Positions 37,435-50,940 of a stretch of 64,000 nucleotides of DNA are shown in pieces. The notes beneath the pieces are model-generated. The model ran no database searches. It was not told where the DNA came from and worked only from the letters and a program-made list of their open reading frames with translations. This stretch comes from Felis catus (lineage: Eukaryota): contig NC_058373.1 in NCBI RefSeq assembly GCF_018350175.1, positions 111,726,001 to 111,790,000 of the forward strand, given 5' to 3'. Made by a program: the position numbers and the translations under genes. Each line of letters begins with the position of its first letter. Position 1 is the first letter of the stretch.

Positions 37435-38499
37435 TCTCAGAAAGGAAAAAGCGAAGCTGCCTGACTCAGAGCTACACAGACCCTAAGGATGCTGTAAGGT
37501 ACCAGTGAGATGCAAAACCAAGCTCTCTTGTGCCCCCTGTCAGGTTCCCTTAGATGCCAGTGGCAAGAGTGGCATTGGGGTGGGCGTAGCGGGGGAGGAG
37601 AAGGGAAGTTTTCAAGCGTATGGAAGGGTTTGGTGGCTGCAGGTTCCCTGGGCCTGCCGTTTTGTGCACGGAGCAGTCACATCCTTTCGCTGGAGGCATC
37701 CTGCGCTCCCAGGATTACCAGCCTACATCACATTGGGAACGTGGGACGTTTAAGTCCTAAACTGGAACACGGAAGCAACCGTTTGACAAGGAGACACAGA
37801 GAGCTCAAATTAACCATATAGCTAAAGTCTCTGGTTCTGTGGGCGCAGAGGGAGGCGCAGAGTATGTGGACGTCACTGGAGGGTCCTCCCGCAGCCTCTC
37901 TGCTCCCTCACCTGCTGGCACGGCCTTTGCACCTTGGCTTCTTTCCGAGGGCCAGTGCTAGGATCGTGTTCCGAGGTACAATTCATGTCGATGTCCTATG
38001 TTCCCTTGCTGGTCTCACTGATGCCACTTGTTTTTGAAAAGGACATCGTTGTGTAATTATTCTCCGGGCTCAGCAACTTCTGGGACTGCTAAGCCCCAGG
38101 GAGGAGTCCTGATGCTACCAGGCTCCGTGCGGTTGGCAGCGTCTCTGGAGTTGGGTTACACGCCTGGCCCTCATTCCCGGTGACCTGACTTCACCTTGCC
38201 AGCCTTGGGAAGGCCCTGGATCGTGAAGGAATTCCGTGATGGAGAAATGAAGCTGCTAGGGTGGCGTGACTGGAATCCTGAACGATGCAAGAGTGGGGAT
38301 GGAACCATGTGCTTACATCCAAGTCTTAGGGAGAGACTACAATTCTTTCATTCAGTCACTCCTTTACTCACTCACTCATCAGTCATTGACGTAATTGGAG
38401 AGTCATTCTAATAATGGCAAAAGTGAGTCCACACAGCTTTACAAAAAATGTTTCCAGCACCGAATCCTGGAGGTAGGTTGTTGCCAAAGATGACCAGTT

Positions 38500-39018
38500 C
38501 TTCACCTCCCTATATCTACTTAAACAAATGCGGCTTTGCAGCTTTCTCCTTGAAGAGAAGGAATCTAGTTCTCCTGCCCTGGAATCCGGGCTGGTCCTGA
38601 GGCTGCCTTTACTAGTAGAATGTGGCAGAAGTAATGGCATGCCAGTTCAGAGCCCGGGCCTCAGGAAGCCTTGAACACTTCTACTCTCTCTCTCTCTCTC
38701 TGTCCCTCTCTCTTTCTCAGAACCTTGTCATCTGGAGGACAAGCCCAGGATGGGGGCATTCTCTGTTAGAACAGAGGCCCCATTGGAAGACGGCCAACTC
38801 AGCCTGAGGACAGCATAGACCATCTTCCACCTGATGACCCCCCAGATATGGGTGAGAGCTCAGCCAAGACACAGAGAGCTGTCCACTCCACTTTCAGCTG
38901 ACTGACAGGGTGTGAATGAGCCCAGCCGAGGCTACAGACTTCTTGGCCAATCCATAGGCTGGTAAGCAACACTCAATGCCACTGGGTGTTGGGATGTTTT
39001 ATTACACAGCAGTATCTA

Positions 39019-39022
<4 letters not shown>
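38500..39022 (+). mobile_element. MaLR LTR (MLT1)
   Basis: 'ctgccctggaatccgggctggtcctgaggctgccttt...agaatgtggcagaagtaatgg..tgccagttc' and end 'gatgttttattacacagcagtatctaataca'. Confidence 0.7.

Positions 39023-39060
<38 letters not shown>
39020..39060. repeat. (CA)n microsatellite
   Basis: Directly visible. Confidence 0.95.
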
Positions 39061-39061
<1 letters not shown>

Positions 39062-39700
39062 GCAGCCAGTTCCAACTGGGGTAGACTTTGAGAAGGGGTG
39101 GAGCGCTGCTACAACAACCAGCACACCCTCATCATACTGCCCAGTGCAGTCTTCTGGCCAGGCATCTATCAGAAACACCTTCAGTAATGTTGGTAGCCTC
39201 TCCCCTGCAATCTCTCGCTGCCCACCTCTGAGGTCTGCAAGATTATTCACGTAGCACAGAGCGAGGACCTGGCAGCCACCTGTGGGGAGGGTTTGTAAAC
39301 CCTGGTGGAGAGGAGCTCGGGTTCCCGGTGCTTCGGACCACTGAGGCCCTGCCAAAAGGACTTGGAATTGCAGGTGGGGTGGCTCTTACCTTTACAGGAG
39401 CTCTTTGCCCCTCAGGAGTCATGAAGGGGCTCAGGAAAGCACCACAGGGTAAGGCTTGTCATGTGCCTCCCAGAGGGGGGCGCTCTTGTTCCTACTCCTG
39501 CAGCTGGGATTGTGGCTCTACAGGCCTAGACAGAACAGAAGGAGGGCCCTACACTTTGGGGTGCCAGGGGGGCCACAAACTTCCTGCTTTCTCCGAACTT
39601 GACATTAGGCTTGCCCTTCTTTCCTCTCTCTCCTAGAATTCCCTCCTGGAATTCCCACCATAAGAGTCATAAGTTGGTCTTTTAAGATGATGATAGTGCT

Positions 39701-39800
39701 GGGACACCTGGATGGCTCATTTGGTAGAGCATGTGACTCTTGGTCTCAGGGTGGTGAGTTTGAGCCCCATATTGGGGGTAGAGGTTACTCAAAAAAAAAA
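39701..39800 (+). mobile_element. Short Can-SINE
   Basis: 'gggacacctggatggctcatttggtagagcatgtgactcttggtctcagggtggtgagtttgagcccc' plus poly-A; flanked by atgatagt. Confidence 0.85.
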
Positions 39801-40939
39801 TGATAGTACGTGTATTATCTCATTTGTATTTTTCTCACCAGTGTGAGGTAAGTAACTTTATTCCCATTTTGAGGAGAAAATCAAGGTATAGTCAAGTACC
39901 TTGGCCCGAGGCCATGCTGTTCCTAAAAGATAGAACTAGGATTGAACCCAGGTTGCCTGGGTAGAAGGGCCCAGCTACCATCCACTGTGCTACACCAGCT
40001 TAGACAACAGAGGGACAGAGGCTGCCTTCAAAGGGCCACTAACCAGACAGAGGGGGTGGGAGCTTAGAGTTGTATCAAGTGATTTAAGTCAGTGTCACTT
40101 CAGAGTGAGAACAGATGGAGCCCAGGACCCTTCAGTTGTCCAGGATAGGGGGCGGAAGCTTGGGTTGCTCTGACACTGGTCAGTGTGTTCCTTCAGCACT
40201 CACAATACTGTGAATACCTCCATGCTCCCGGACCCTGTTGCAACCCCACTCCTGGCTTTGTTGCCTCCTCCGTGAGACCCCTTTGAGCCTCTTGGGATGA
40301 GGGTTCGCGGCATATTCGTTGTCCATGGTGAAGAGCACTTAGTGACTGTAGGTTCACCACAGGTCTGGGTCAGAGTGGGGTATGGCAGAGCAGCTAGGTC
40401 TATCAGCCACAATAGGCCTGGTTTTGCCCAAAGTGGCCCCTGAGACTGGCCAGATACTCAGTGTTATTAAGGGTAATGCAAAGTCTCTAAGAGAGATCAT
40501 TCTCAAGGATTCCAGAGTAAGAGGAGGCCACTTTTGATAGTGGTAGGGAGAGCAGGCCATGGAGGGGTAAAGCATTGATCTGGGCTTCGAGAGAGGGGGC
40601 ATGCCATTCTTTATCCCTCACAGCCTTGTCATCACCACCTGCGTGGGGAGGCTTGCTAATGAGAGTGTCAGGGAGACAAGTTGCTGGCTCAGTTCTACTC
40701 TCTTTAGGCAAAGAAATTCTGGTACATCTCAGAATGAAGCCTTGCAGTGTAGCTGTGGGTGCCAAGAAACCAAGGCATTCTAGCTATTTCTGCTGCTCAT
40801 GGTGGGTCAGTTAGGAAGGTTCCCCTATGCACTAAAGCAGTGGGATGGGCCACTTGGGGTCATCCCTCAAAGCTCACAGAGCTGGCATGGGGCATCTCCA
40901 AAGCTAGGCCTGTACTCAAATATACAGCAAGGAATCCCT

Positions 40940-41106
40940 CTGTGTGGTTCTCGGATCACCTTTGTTAGGTTCCCATGGAGAGCTTATTAGACATGCAAAT
41001 TCCTGGGTACCTACTGCCTCAGAATGGGGGAGGGGGGCTGAGCCTGGGAATCTACAGTGTCTCCTGGTGATGCTTCTTAGCACACTTAATTGGTGAACCA
41101 CTGCCC
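40940..41106. mobile_element. MER5A-like hAT-Charlie relic
   Basis: Termini 'tgtggttctc' and 'gaaccactg'; internal 'atgcaaattcctggg...gagcctgggaatct'. Confidence 0.7.
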
Positions 41107-42619
41107 AGAGGAGACCTGACCTGGTCCTACCAGACCAGCAGGCAGCCTCGCGCCTAAGCTCCAAGGCCCGGTAGGCAAGCACAGTGTTCTCTCAGTCTTT
41201 ACAATGAGCTCATTCTCCACACGTTCTCTCCTCTCTCTATACTATTGGCTTCCAAACATATCTGCACATCAACATTGCCTGGAAAGGTTTTTCTAAAATA
41301 TGCATTTCAAGTCCTCATCCTAGATCAACTAAAATAGGATCTCATAGGATGAAGCCCAGGAATCTCCTCATATTTTTAGAAGAAAAATATCCCCAGTAGA
41401 CCTTGGTACTCAATCAGGTGAGGGACCATCGGGCTCTAACCACTCTGGCTCACACATAGGCGATCCGTTCTTAAATCAGTGCTCGAAGATCGAAATCCAC
41501 CACCATCTTTGCGGTGTATTTACTCAGGGTATTAAATTTCCTTTTAATTTGGGGGCGCTCTGAGTCAACTAATTTTTGCTTCTTTGAAAACCAGAGAGAG
41601 AACAATGAACATGAACTCGTGGGAGGCAAACTGAAACAACACACCATCTGTGATAAAATCAGCATAAATTCCCCAAATGGCATCACGCTGCCAAGACAAT
41701 TCTCCAAGGCTTCTCTGTCTGCCTCAGTAGAGCATGAGCCCTGGAGAGGTTCAATTATCCTCCACACATGTGCTCTTGGGGAGCCTGGCAAGAGGAGGGA
41801 CTAGAATGTTTAATAATAAAGTTCCCTGGGTTTTAGAATCAAGGGAAGGGCAGGTAAGTCAGAACTCAGTGTGTATTTCTGTTTTAGCTTTGATTACTAG
41901 TAATTGGCTAATAATTCAATTGTAATAATTGCATTACTCACTTAATTAGAAAATAACTGATGGACAGCGTCATTATTAGGGACACATATCACATTTGAAT
42001 ATCCATGCATTCAACAAATCTTTGTCTCCCACGTGCAAATTCTAGACAGGCCACATGGCTTCCACTGTTCAGTTGTTTATGGAAAGGAGGGTGTGATTTT
42101 GTAGAGAGACTACAAATTAAGAAGTTTGAGGGAGATACTGTTTGGCTCAATGAAAATAAGCACCTTTTTAGGAGGAGATGGAATTTGCTCAGGGCCTCGA
42201 GTAATAGGTGTGTGTGAATAAAGCACAGAAGTAGGTGGGTATATAAGAGGTGTTGGACACAGAGTGGTGTTCTGCTTTTTTAACAAGGAACTGGAAAGCT
42301 CTAATGTTGACGAGATGATGATGGTGTGTCAAATGATGGCAGGCCTGGAGGTGGGGTGGCCCATAGGAGGCATGGGAGTACCATTACCCTCTTTTAGTGA
42401 TCATGAAAGACATGACAAACTCTGATCCTGGGACTCTCTTCCATTAACTCTGCATGCAGCCTTAGAGTCCTTTTCCACACTGTAATTCTTCATGCACCGG
42501 CCAATCGGAGTTGGGAAATCTCATTCCACAGCCCTCTTTGCCCTTTTGAAGCCCAAGAAGTTAGCATTTTATTGTGGACAGTGACTCGGGGACAGTATCC
42601 CCCAACCCGTCACCTCCAC

Positions 42620-43200
42620 TGAACGGGTGATATCATCAAGCACGATCTTTTGGATGATTCGTCTGCAGCAGAGCCTGGAAAGGACTGGGATGGGACAAGT
42701 AGTGGAGTCTGGGAGACCAGATAGGAGGCTGTTAAACTCAGGAAGAAGGGATTACAGCCACAATGAGAAATGTGGCAGTGATAATGTGAACCCAAAGGAG
42801 AGGGCAGAAGCAAGACACCTTTTCAGGGTAGAACTGGAAAATTTGGAGGCTTATGGGATGTCACGGGCCAGAACAGAGAGAGATCTAAGCACTCAGCTTC
42901 AGAGCTGGGAGGAGAGCTCTGGCAGAGGAAGATTGCTCAGAAGGGGAAGCAGGCTTCAGAGGGGTGGGTGGTGCATTTAGCTCTGGATGGAGTGTGAGAA
43001 GCTGGCACCACATTCATGGGGAGATGCTCAGGAGAAGTTTGGACATATGGAATCAGGGTTAGGAAAAAAAGATGAGCTGGAAACATGTACTTGGAGTCAT
43101 ATCTGCAGAAGGTGGTTGAAGGTATAGGAATAGATGAGAGCATCAGGGGAAAGGACAGGAAACAAGGGAGGGGAGAGCCGGGGAGAAGGTGGGAGACAAC
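42620..43200 (-). mobile_element. L2 internal fragment
   Basis: Degenerate antisense L2 motifs ('gggagaccagataggaggctg', 'ttggagtcatatctgcagaaggtggttgaagg..taggaatagatgagagcatc'). Confidence 0.55.
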
Positions 43201-43495
43201 AGAAACCTGTGCATTGAAGCTATTACGGAACAAGCTGTCTGTATTTATCCTCCCAAATCTGATTGTTTCCAGTCTGTTGGAAAATATCCACTCTCATGTA
43301 CTAAAAGCCTCTGGTAAATATAGCACCCCACATCATCCCCCCATCAGTCAGGTTCAGGAAAAACCTAAAACCCAGACACTATAGCTGATAGATGTCAGTG
43401 GCTTTTCCTTGCGGAAACTTGAATTTTTGTTGCTTCGCAGACACGCAGACAGTAAGCATATACTGTATTCAGGAGCCCGGTGCTGTTTGCCTTAA

Positions 43496-43512
43496 ATCGC
43501 CCCCTAGCGGGC
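43496..43512 (-). promoter_or_regulatory. CTCF-type motif
   Basis: Minus strand GCCCGCTAGGGGGCGAT fits the CTCF core. Confidence 0.6.
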
Positions 43513-44499
43513 CCTGCAGTCCAGGAAGATTGTCCAGGGTCAGCCCAGCACAGTCATCAAGGCCACAGCCTCTGCCACCCCCAGGCAATCCGCTCACTGG
43601 CAGTCCCTGCGGAACAACCCAGTGGCTTTGTGGGCCTGGAGGAAAGTGTCCAGGACTGAACTCTGGCACAAGGGCTTGCTGACCCTTTACTAGAGCGTCC
43701 TCTTTGGCCTGAGGACTGAAATGGGGGCCCCCACCAGGCCTACCCTGAAACCATACCCTGAACCATAGATGCAGAATGCTATGGACCCTGCTTGCACTTG
43801 CTCAGGGACCCCGTAATCCTCACCCAGTATTTAACCAGTGTAAGTACCTCGATGGATCCCAGAGCAGGCTGCTGAAGTTGATAGCCAAACAATTCTGCTG
43901 AGATGTATGGTGGGAAACAATGCTTTAATAAACGAGGTAACACTGTGTAAATTCACAGACAAAGGTAAACTCTCGTATCGATTGCCTGAATTTTCTTTAA
44001 AGCTTGTCTTCTTGGTGGTCTTTTTCATACCCCTCACCATGCAGACTCTTGTTCTTTGCCCTGTGGGAACTTTCCCAGCAGGAAATCCTGTGCCTCTGGC
44101 CCCAGGCCACCTGAAGCTCCCCCATCCCTGCCCGTTCCTCCTTCCTTCTCCAGCTCCTGTCTCCCGGGTATGCCTGGCCTTCCTCATGGCCACAATCTCC
44201 TTGGCTGCCCGCCATCTCTCTGGTGGCCAGGTGGGGCTTTTCTGCCTGCAGTGGTTTGAGTCACGTTTTTCGCCAGATGACACTGCTGCCCTCCTGTGGA
44301 GGGTCACGGCTGCTTTCTTGCCAGAGTTGTTAACCACACTTGTTTTGGCTGGTGAAGGCATTGCCTTTGTCTTTTAAATAGCCATAGGCTTTGCCTTTCT
44401 TCCAGAGATAACATCTCCTTCACTCCTCCCAGATGTCAACCTAAAACAGTAATAGTGATCATCATTTTCATGATAGTAGTAATAGTAAGAACGAAGATC

Positions 44500-44640
44500 C
44501 ACCCAAGGAGACCTCATTTAATCCTTGCAATGATCCTATAAAGTTGAGGAAAACACCATTATTATCCTCGTTTCACAGATGGGGAAACCGAGGCTCAGAG
44601 AGGTTCACTAATGTGCTCAAGGCCCACATGAAGTCCTGAA
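44500..44640 (+). mobile_element. MIR fragment
   Basis: 'attattatcctcgtttcacagatggggaaaccgaggctcagagaggtt'. Confidence 0.8.
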
Positions 44641-45584
44641 TGCCTGAAACACGGTAAACTCTTGATAAGCACTAGCTGCCATATTATTTCTGTTACTAAT
44701 TCATGTCTGCCTCTGACTGGCTGTGATTTGAGGAAATGCACCTCATCTTTCCAAGTCTTGGTTTCCTCATCATTTGTAAAATACAAATCATCTATAAGAT
44801 CCTTTCCAATTGTACTCTTCATTCTCTTTGTTCATCTCATTCTTGCTTTTCCACAGAATGAGTCCTGTTTTCCTAGGAAGTCTATCTCTTCAGCTTTTCC
44901 CGGATTTTGCAAAGAAATAATTGCTTGACGGCTCTGGAAGCTTCCGGAAAAGAAAACAACTTGAAACAATGCTCAAGAGGGCTTTAGAGTCACGGCCACC
45001 CCAGTTGTCTCCAAGAGGCTTTATTAAACCAGCGTTGTGGATACTAAATCAATGTTTTCCAGTCTGAATTCCCTCTTGGAGAGGTGAAGGAAGGGGTCTG
45101 AGAGGCCAGGTCAGTCCTCACTGACACTTTCTCTCCAGTTAGATCTTCTGTCTCCACTGCATTAAGCAGATGAGGCTCCACCACCCTGGGATTTGGCCAC
45201 AACAGAGGTTAGAATCAAGGGCTCCCCCTTGGCCATCAAACGGTTTCCTTCTCTTGGAAGAACCACAGTGACATGGGGTGCACTGGTTTTGCTTCCTGAT
45301 CTGTTGCCATTTATAGGCGATTGAAGTTTGAGCTCCTAGCCCCCCAGAGAGATAGGCAAGCCCCCAGGCTGGTGGCGTGGGCTTAAGACAACCACGCAGG
45401 CAGGATGTCCTCTGATCCTGTCTTGTAGAGTCTAATAGAATGACATCACAGGGGCTCTGGAGTCTCTGGTCAGAGTGCTGAGAGAACAATAAGAGGGGAA
45501 AACTGCCTTTGAGTCCTGCAAAGCACAGGGCAGTGTCCTTGCCAAACCAACACAGTGGACGCCTGCTGGGTATTAATAGCAACA

Positions 45585-45810
45585 GCTAGCATTTATGGAG
45601 TACTTACAATGTGCCAGCTGCTGTGCTAAGCACCATTTAATCCTTACAATGACCCACTGAAGTAGGTCTTATTATTATTATCACCGCCAACACTTTGTAG
45701 ATGAGGACACAGACTAAGAGAGGCTGAAGCACTTGCCCCAGTCACACAGCAGTCCCAGGCTCTGACACCAGAGCCCATGCCCTTATCCGCTGCCCTCTAC
45801 TGCCTTCCCG
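45585..45810 (+). mobile_element. MIR
   Basis: 'gcatttatggagtacttacaatgtgccag...gtagatgaggacacagactaagagaggctgaagcacttgccc'. Confidence 0.75.
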
Positions 45811-46117
45811 TGGGGTCCTTGGTGCTAAAAATGGCCCAGTGAGGATAAGGGGACCCATGGACAGCCCCTGAGAGGCTGCTTTAGTCCTACCTTTGGGCTG
45901 AGTCTTGATACTATGGATTAAATGTCTGCAATCAGTTATTTAGGGGGATTGAGCTGGAGGGAAAGAATTTCTATTGATCTCAAAGACAACTCAGGACACC
46001 AGCATGCAGATGCTAGTGTGCAAGATGACCCATACCAACCATTTGTACGATAATCCTTCCTGGTGGACAGACTGCTCAGGAGACCCCGCCCCCCCAGCCT
46101 ATAAGAACATTGCTCAA

Positions 46118-46332
46118 GGGGCGCCTGGGTGGCTCAGTCGGTTAAGCGTCGGACTTCAGCTTGGGTCACAATCTCGCGGTCCGTGAGTTTGAGCCCCGCA
46201 TTGGGCTCTGGGCTGATGGCTTAGAGCCTGGAGCCTGCTTCTGATTCTGTGTCTCCCTCTCTCTCTGCTCCTCCCCCGTTCATGCTCTCTCTCTGTCTCA
46301 AAAATAAATAAACGTTAAAAAGATTAATAAAA
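46118..46332 (+). mobile_element. Can-SINE (felid type) with TSD
   Basis: TSD aagaacattgctcaa at 46103-46117 and 46333-46347. Confidence 0.97.
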
Positions 46333-46537
46333 AAGAACATTGCTCAAGAGATCTTTCTACCAGTGAATAACTCTTCTCTTCTCTAGGGATCTTCTTGCCT
46401 GGTTTATTGGTACTGGTCCTTGGAATTCAGAGCATCGACTTCTTTCATCTTTATCAGAAATATTCCAATATACTCCACTTTTTATTTTCCAATATTCTCC
46501 CTTAGGACCCCAAACTTGTCATTGCAACACTGCTTTA

Positions 46538-46662
46538 AGGAGCACCTGGCTGGCTCAGTCGGTGGTGAAGCATGTGACTCTTGATCTAGGGGTTGTGAGT
46601 TCAAGCTCCATGTTGGGTGTAGAGATTACTTAAAAAAACAAAAACAAAAACAAAACAAAAAA
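46538..46662 (+). mobile_element. Short Can-SINE
   Basis: tRNA-like head, 'gtagagattactta' and (A4-5C)n tail; flanked by tgctttaag. Confidence 0.88.
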
Positions 46663-46699
46663 CACCACATTGCTTTAAGAAAACCATGATAGAATTTCT

Positions 46700-46916
46700 T
46701 TTTTTTTTTTTTTTAATGTTTATTTTTGAGAGAGAGAGGGAGAGAGTGTGAATGGGGGGAGGAGCAGAGAGAGAGAGGGAAACACAGAATCTGAAACAGG
46801 CTCCAAGCTCTGAGCTGTCAGCACAGAACCCGATGTGAGGTTCAAATCCAATAACTGTGAGATCATGACCTAAGCCGAAGCCAGACGCTTAACCGACTGA
46901 GCCACCCAGGCTCCCC
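46700..46916 (-). mobile_element. Can-SINE with 23-bp TSD
   Basis: TSD aagaaaaccatgatagaatttct at 46677-46699 and 46917-46939. Confidence 0.97.
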
Positions 46917-48240
46917 AAGAAAACCATGATAGAATTTCTAAGTTTCATTTTACTTTATACCAAGGCATTAAAATCCCTGCCTTCCAAAGAAGAAATGGAA
47001 AAAGAAGTGGATCGGGAAGAAGGAAAACTGAATGCCAGATCCAGCTGAGCTCCCACAGAGCTGTGTGGTCCTGAGCAAAGTCAGCTCAGTGAGTGAGTGG
47101 ACTAGACATGGTCCAATCCATCTAGTTTACTTCTTGGCCTGGAGGAAGCTCAGCATATACTCCTGCCAAGGGCTGGGTTGGAGAGATAATTGAGATGCCT
47201 GGCTAGAGAGCATGGGAGGAAGGAGGGTGTCAGGGGTGATGGCTAGGAGGGGAGATGGAACAGTTCCCAACAGCGGAGGAGCACACGTCCCGGGCTACTT
47301 CATAATGAAGAGCTCCAAGCCGCTGAGCGTTCACCGCTGAGACCCCCTGAGAAGAAACTTTCCTGGCTGCCTGCCACAGGGGTCTGGATTCTGAAGCACT
47401 CAGGAAATAATAATGGGACCCAAATGAACATCACTGACGCAGATTTCTCTTCAGGTAATCTTCTGAGCATCATGCTTGCATCATGCGTAAGGGTAGTCGA
47501 GGCAGTTTTTGAACCTTTCTGTTGTTGACAGATTGATATTATAAATTACCTTCTAGAAAAGTGATTACTGACCTAGAGATCTGGACTTCCAAGATCACAT
47601 CAGAGATATTTGCAATTTTTCAGTATTGCAGAAAGTCTCTTGGAAATTGTACATTTGCGCAGATAATAATGTATATGCTAATGGAAATGTCAAGTTGCTT
47701 TGCCTTTTGACTAGAATTATATCATACTCTGGTGTGCTAACACTGGTTGTCTTATGCTAATGTGAAAAGTTGTTTGGCAGCCATCTATATATTGAATATT
47801 GAACAAATAATAAGTAGAGAAAAGATACTCATATGCACCTGTCATTTACACACTGCACTGTTACATAGTAGCTTGGAGGTGGCTGAATTACTGCTTGATT
47901 TTTTTCTTAATTGTAGAACATCTTTCACATCATTGGCTCTTTGTAGGAAAAACCTGATGAAGGAAGGGTTGAAGGACTCTTTGTGGTTCATTATCTCTCA
48001 CCTCAAAGAGAGGTGGAGGGAGGATTAGCAGAGGACACATAGAGGCCCTTTGGTTGGGGGAGAACTTGAGTCCAGCTTCATAGACACCCCCCCACCCCAG
48101 CTTAGGGGTGCAGATGATTTTTTTCTACTCATTGGTAAAGCCATCTGGATGTTTCATGTTCACTTGGGTTTACTGTCCAATTGTTTAAATTCTTAAGGAC
48201 TGACTTCACTCCCAACCTCTCTCTAAAGCTGTATCTTTTC

Positions 48241-48441
48241 TTAAAGTTTTTTTTATTTATTTTTGGAGAGAGAGAGAGAGAGAGAGAGAGAAGGGGAGGG
48301 GCAGAGAGAGAGAATCCCAAGCAGGTTCCATGCTTTCAGTGCCGAGCTGGATGCAGGGCTTGAACTCATGAACTGTGAGATCATGACCTCAGCCAAAATC
48401 AAGAGCTGGATGCTTAACCTACTGAGCCACCCAGGTGCCCC
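48241..48441 (-). mobile_element. Can-SINE
   Basis: Antisense SINE; imperfect TSD ctaaagct..atctt. Confidence 0.95.
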
Positions 48442-50717
48442 TAAAGCTATCTTGTAGGCCAGTTACTACTTGCTTCTCTGAATGGCTGTGGCCCTTTGTT
48501 TTCCACCCCCTTTAGCAGATAATTAGGCGCTGCCTTGGTGTCTTCACTAAATGCTCCTGTGTTATCCATCTCCCCTGAGGCCTCATTGCACATCTCTGAT
48601 AGCAGAAGATTTGATGCAGTGCATAAAGGCCTTATCATTTTATGACATTTACTATTTCAAAATGTTTTAGTGGTCATCACCATGCATGATCTTCACATCA
48701 GTCAGGGGAGGTAAGGGGAAGATCTTCATATCCTCATCCTACAGACAAGAAACAAAGACTCTGTGAGGTGAAGGGGCACACTTGGAGACACCCAGGGGGC
48801 AGGTGGTGGATCCGGAACATGTGCCTTACTGATGTCTCATTTTCTTTTCACTGTGCTACGATCTAGGTATTCAATCCCAAGTACAGTAGCTTTTAAATGC
48901 TATCACCTTACTTGATAGGGTTCCAACAGCTATTTCTCAGAGGATGTGAGTGAATTTTTTTATTATCCCCATTGAGTGGCTATGGGGCTAACCTTGGAAG
49001 TAGCGAAAGTCATGGTATAGGTTTCTTTGCCTAGCAGACTTCTTCATTTTTCCATTTGATACCTGGACCAGCTAAGGACTGGGGAGCCCTCTATGACCCA
49101 ACATTCCTGTTCTGCCACGAGGATTTGCAAAAATAAAGCCACCCAAGGAAAATGAAGCTGCCCAGAACGCAAGGAGAACTGAGACGTGTCGACTAGGAAG
49201 CCTTCTACTTTTACCTTACTGATTGGAGCTGCTTGCTGATCAGAGTTTTGCTGGTTTGTTGATCTCTGTATCATTTACTTACTAGTCTTTTTGGTCCCTC
49301 ACTGCTCTTGTTAAGCTCTAATTCTGGGTTCGTTAAGGCAGTCAGTTTCTGCTCAAAGCCTCACTTCCCTTCTCGGACAGGACACAGGGCAAACCTGGAA
49401 GGTGGGGATTGACTTGTGCCCTTCAAAGCCTGCAAATTCAAGCTCTACCATGCCCAAGGCAGAAGCCCACTTTGCCAGCCAAGAGGAGGATTTTAGCTCT
49501 TCCTTTATGTTGGCTGCCAAGTCTCAATCCCAGGCCCCCGACATACTAGCACCCTCCTGGGAGGCTGAGAAAGGAATTGCTTCATTTCAAGGCAGCCAAG
49601 TGGATAGATGGTGGGAAGCATCTGTTTTGGAAATGCATTTCTCACAGCAAATAACATTTGCATGATTGTGCCTGCAAATATCACTGTGGCATTTGCTAAG
49701 TTAAACACAGTGCCTTTGCTTTCCTGACCTTCACCTTGCTTCAGACCCAAGATGCTCCTGGGGTCTGGGAGCTTCCACTTGGTGAGGGACTCTCCCCTCA
49801 GCTCTGTCCTCTGAGGGTGGGACGCTTTTCCTTGTCAACCTGGGAGAATGCATCTCTTGCACACACAGAATCCAGGTTTTAAGCGAATTCTGATCCCGGT
49901 GGTCCAAGCAAGACACAGAGGCAATGACAGTGACCTCTTACAGTATCTATTTTCTGCCTTTTGTAAGGCTATAACACATAAGATGATACATCCTTTCTAT
50001 ATATATTTTCACTATATAACTATAGTACTGTACCACTTATGTAAATTTTCTTCCTTTGCCTTGTGTTGATATGTTCATATATATGCATTGTGTCCCCCAA
50101 AGGATGGTAAGCTCCTGCAGAGAGAGACTCTGTCTTTTACTGTGTTGAGTCATTTGTGCACGTCAATATGCTATGTTTGGCCGTATGGGCATATATGTCT
50201 GGGTAAGATCATATGAGCATAAAATAAGTATATGGGAGGGTACGTAATAGGTTGTTAACGTGGATTATCTGAGCAAAGGGCAGCTAACATGGATGGGAGG
50301 AAGAAGAAAGTGGGAGGGGTGGTTAAACAAAGAAAAAGACTACATTAAAACAAATTCCTGGCACATCAGTTCAACTTTCCAAGGGGGCAGGGGGAGAAAG
50401 CCAAGATGATGAATCAGCAGACCATATTTATGCATTTATGTAAAATTTTACATATGTTTATGTGCCAAGAAATTAACATAGAGTACAATTAAGGGAAAGA
50501 AGTACTATGCATATAACATTCAATAAGTATCTGGTGAATGAATGAATGCTGAATAGTGTGTTATATGTGGTAATTTTATAGATTTGGATTTTCATGCAGT
50601 TGCTTATTTGCTAATGTTACTGTGACACCTGCAATGCTTGCAATGTGTTCTAATCAGAATCACTAATGTTCTCTGCTTCCAGGATGGGACAGGCTGCCTG
50701 GGAGAATCCTCCTTTAC

Positions 50718-50940
50718 TCTGTGGTCATCCTGTTCACTGACCAGCTGCATCAGAATTAGCTGGTGTGATTGCTAGAAGTGGAAATGATAGGGTCCCAACC
50801 CTGGTATACCGATTAGCACTTGGTATGGGGGCAGGGCGGCGGATGAAGGGACTGGGGCGAGGGGAAGGAACTGGGAACCTGCATTTTAACAGGCACCCTA
50901 GGTGATTTTCACGCTTGTTACAGCCTCAGAGCCATTTGCT
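50718..50940. mobile_element. MER5-like relic
   Basis: 'ctgcatcagaattagctgg...ctgggaacctgcattttaacaggcaccctaggtgattttcacgc'. Confidence 0.7.

Noticed and set aside
39466..39486. Fifth CTCF-like motif (cctcccagagggggggcgctc)
   Set aside because: Core spacing deviates from consensus; weaker than the four reported sites
43831..44377. Overlapping 176-aa and 156-aa ORFs on opposite strands
   Set aside because: No recognisable homology or coding-like composition; expected by chance in GC-rich DNA
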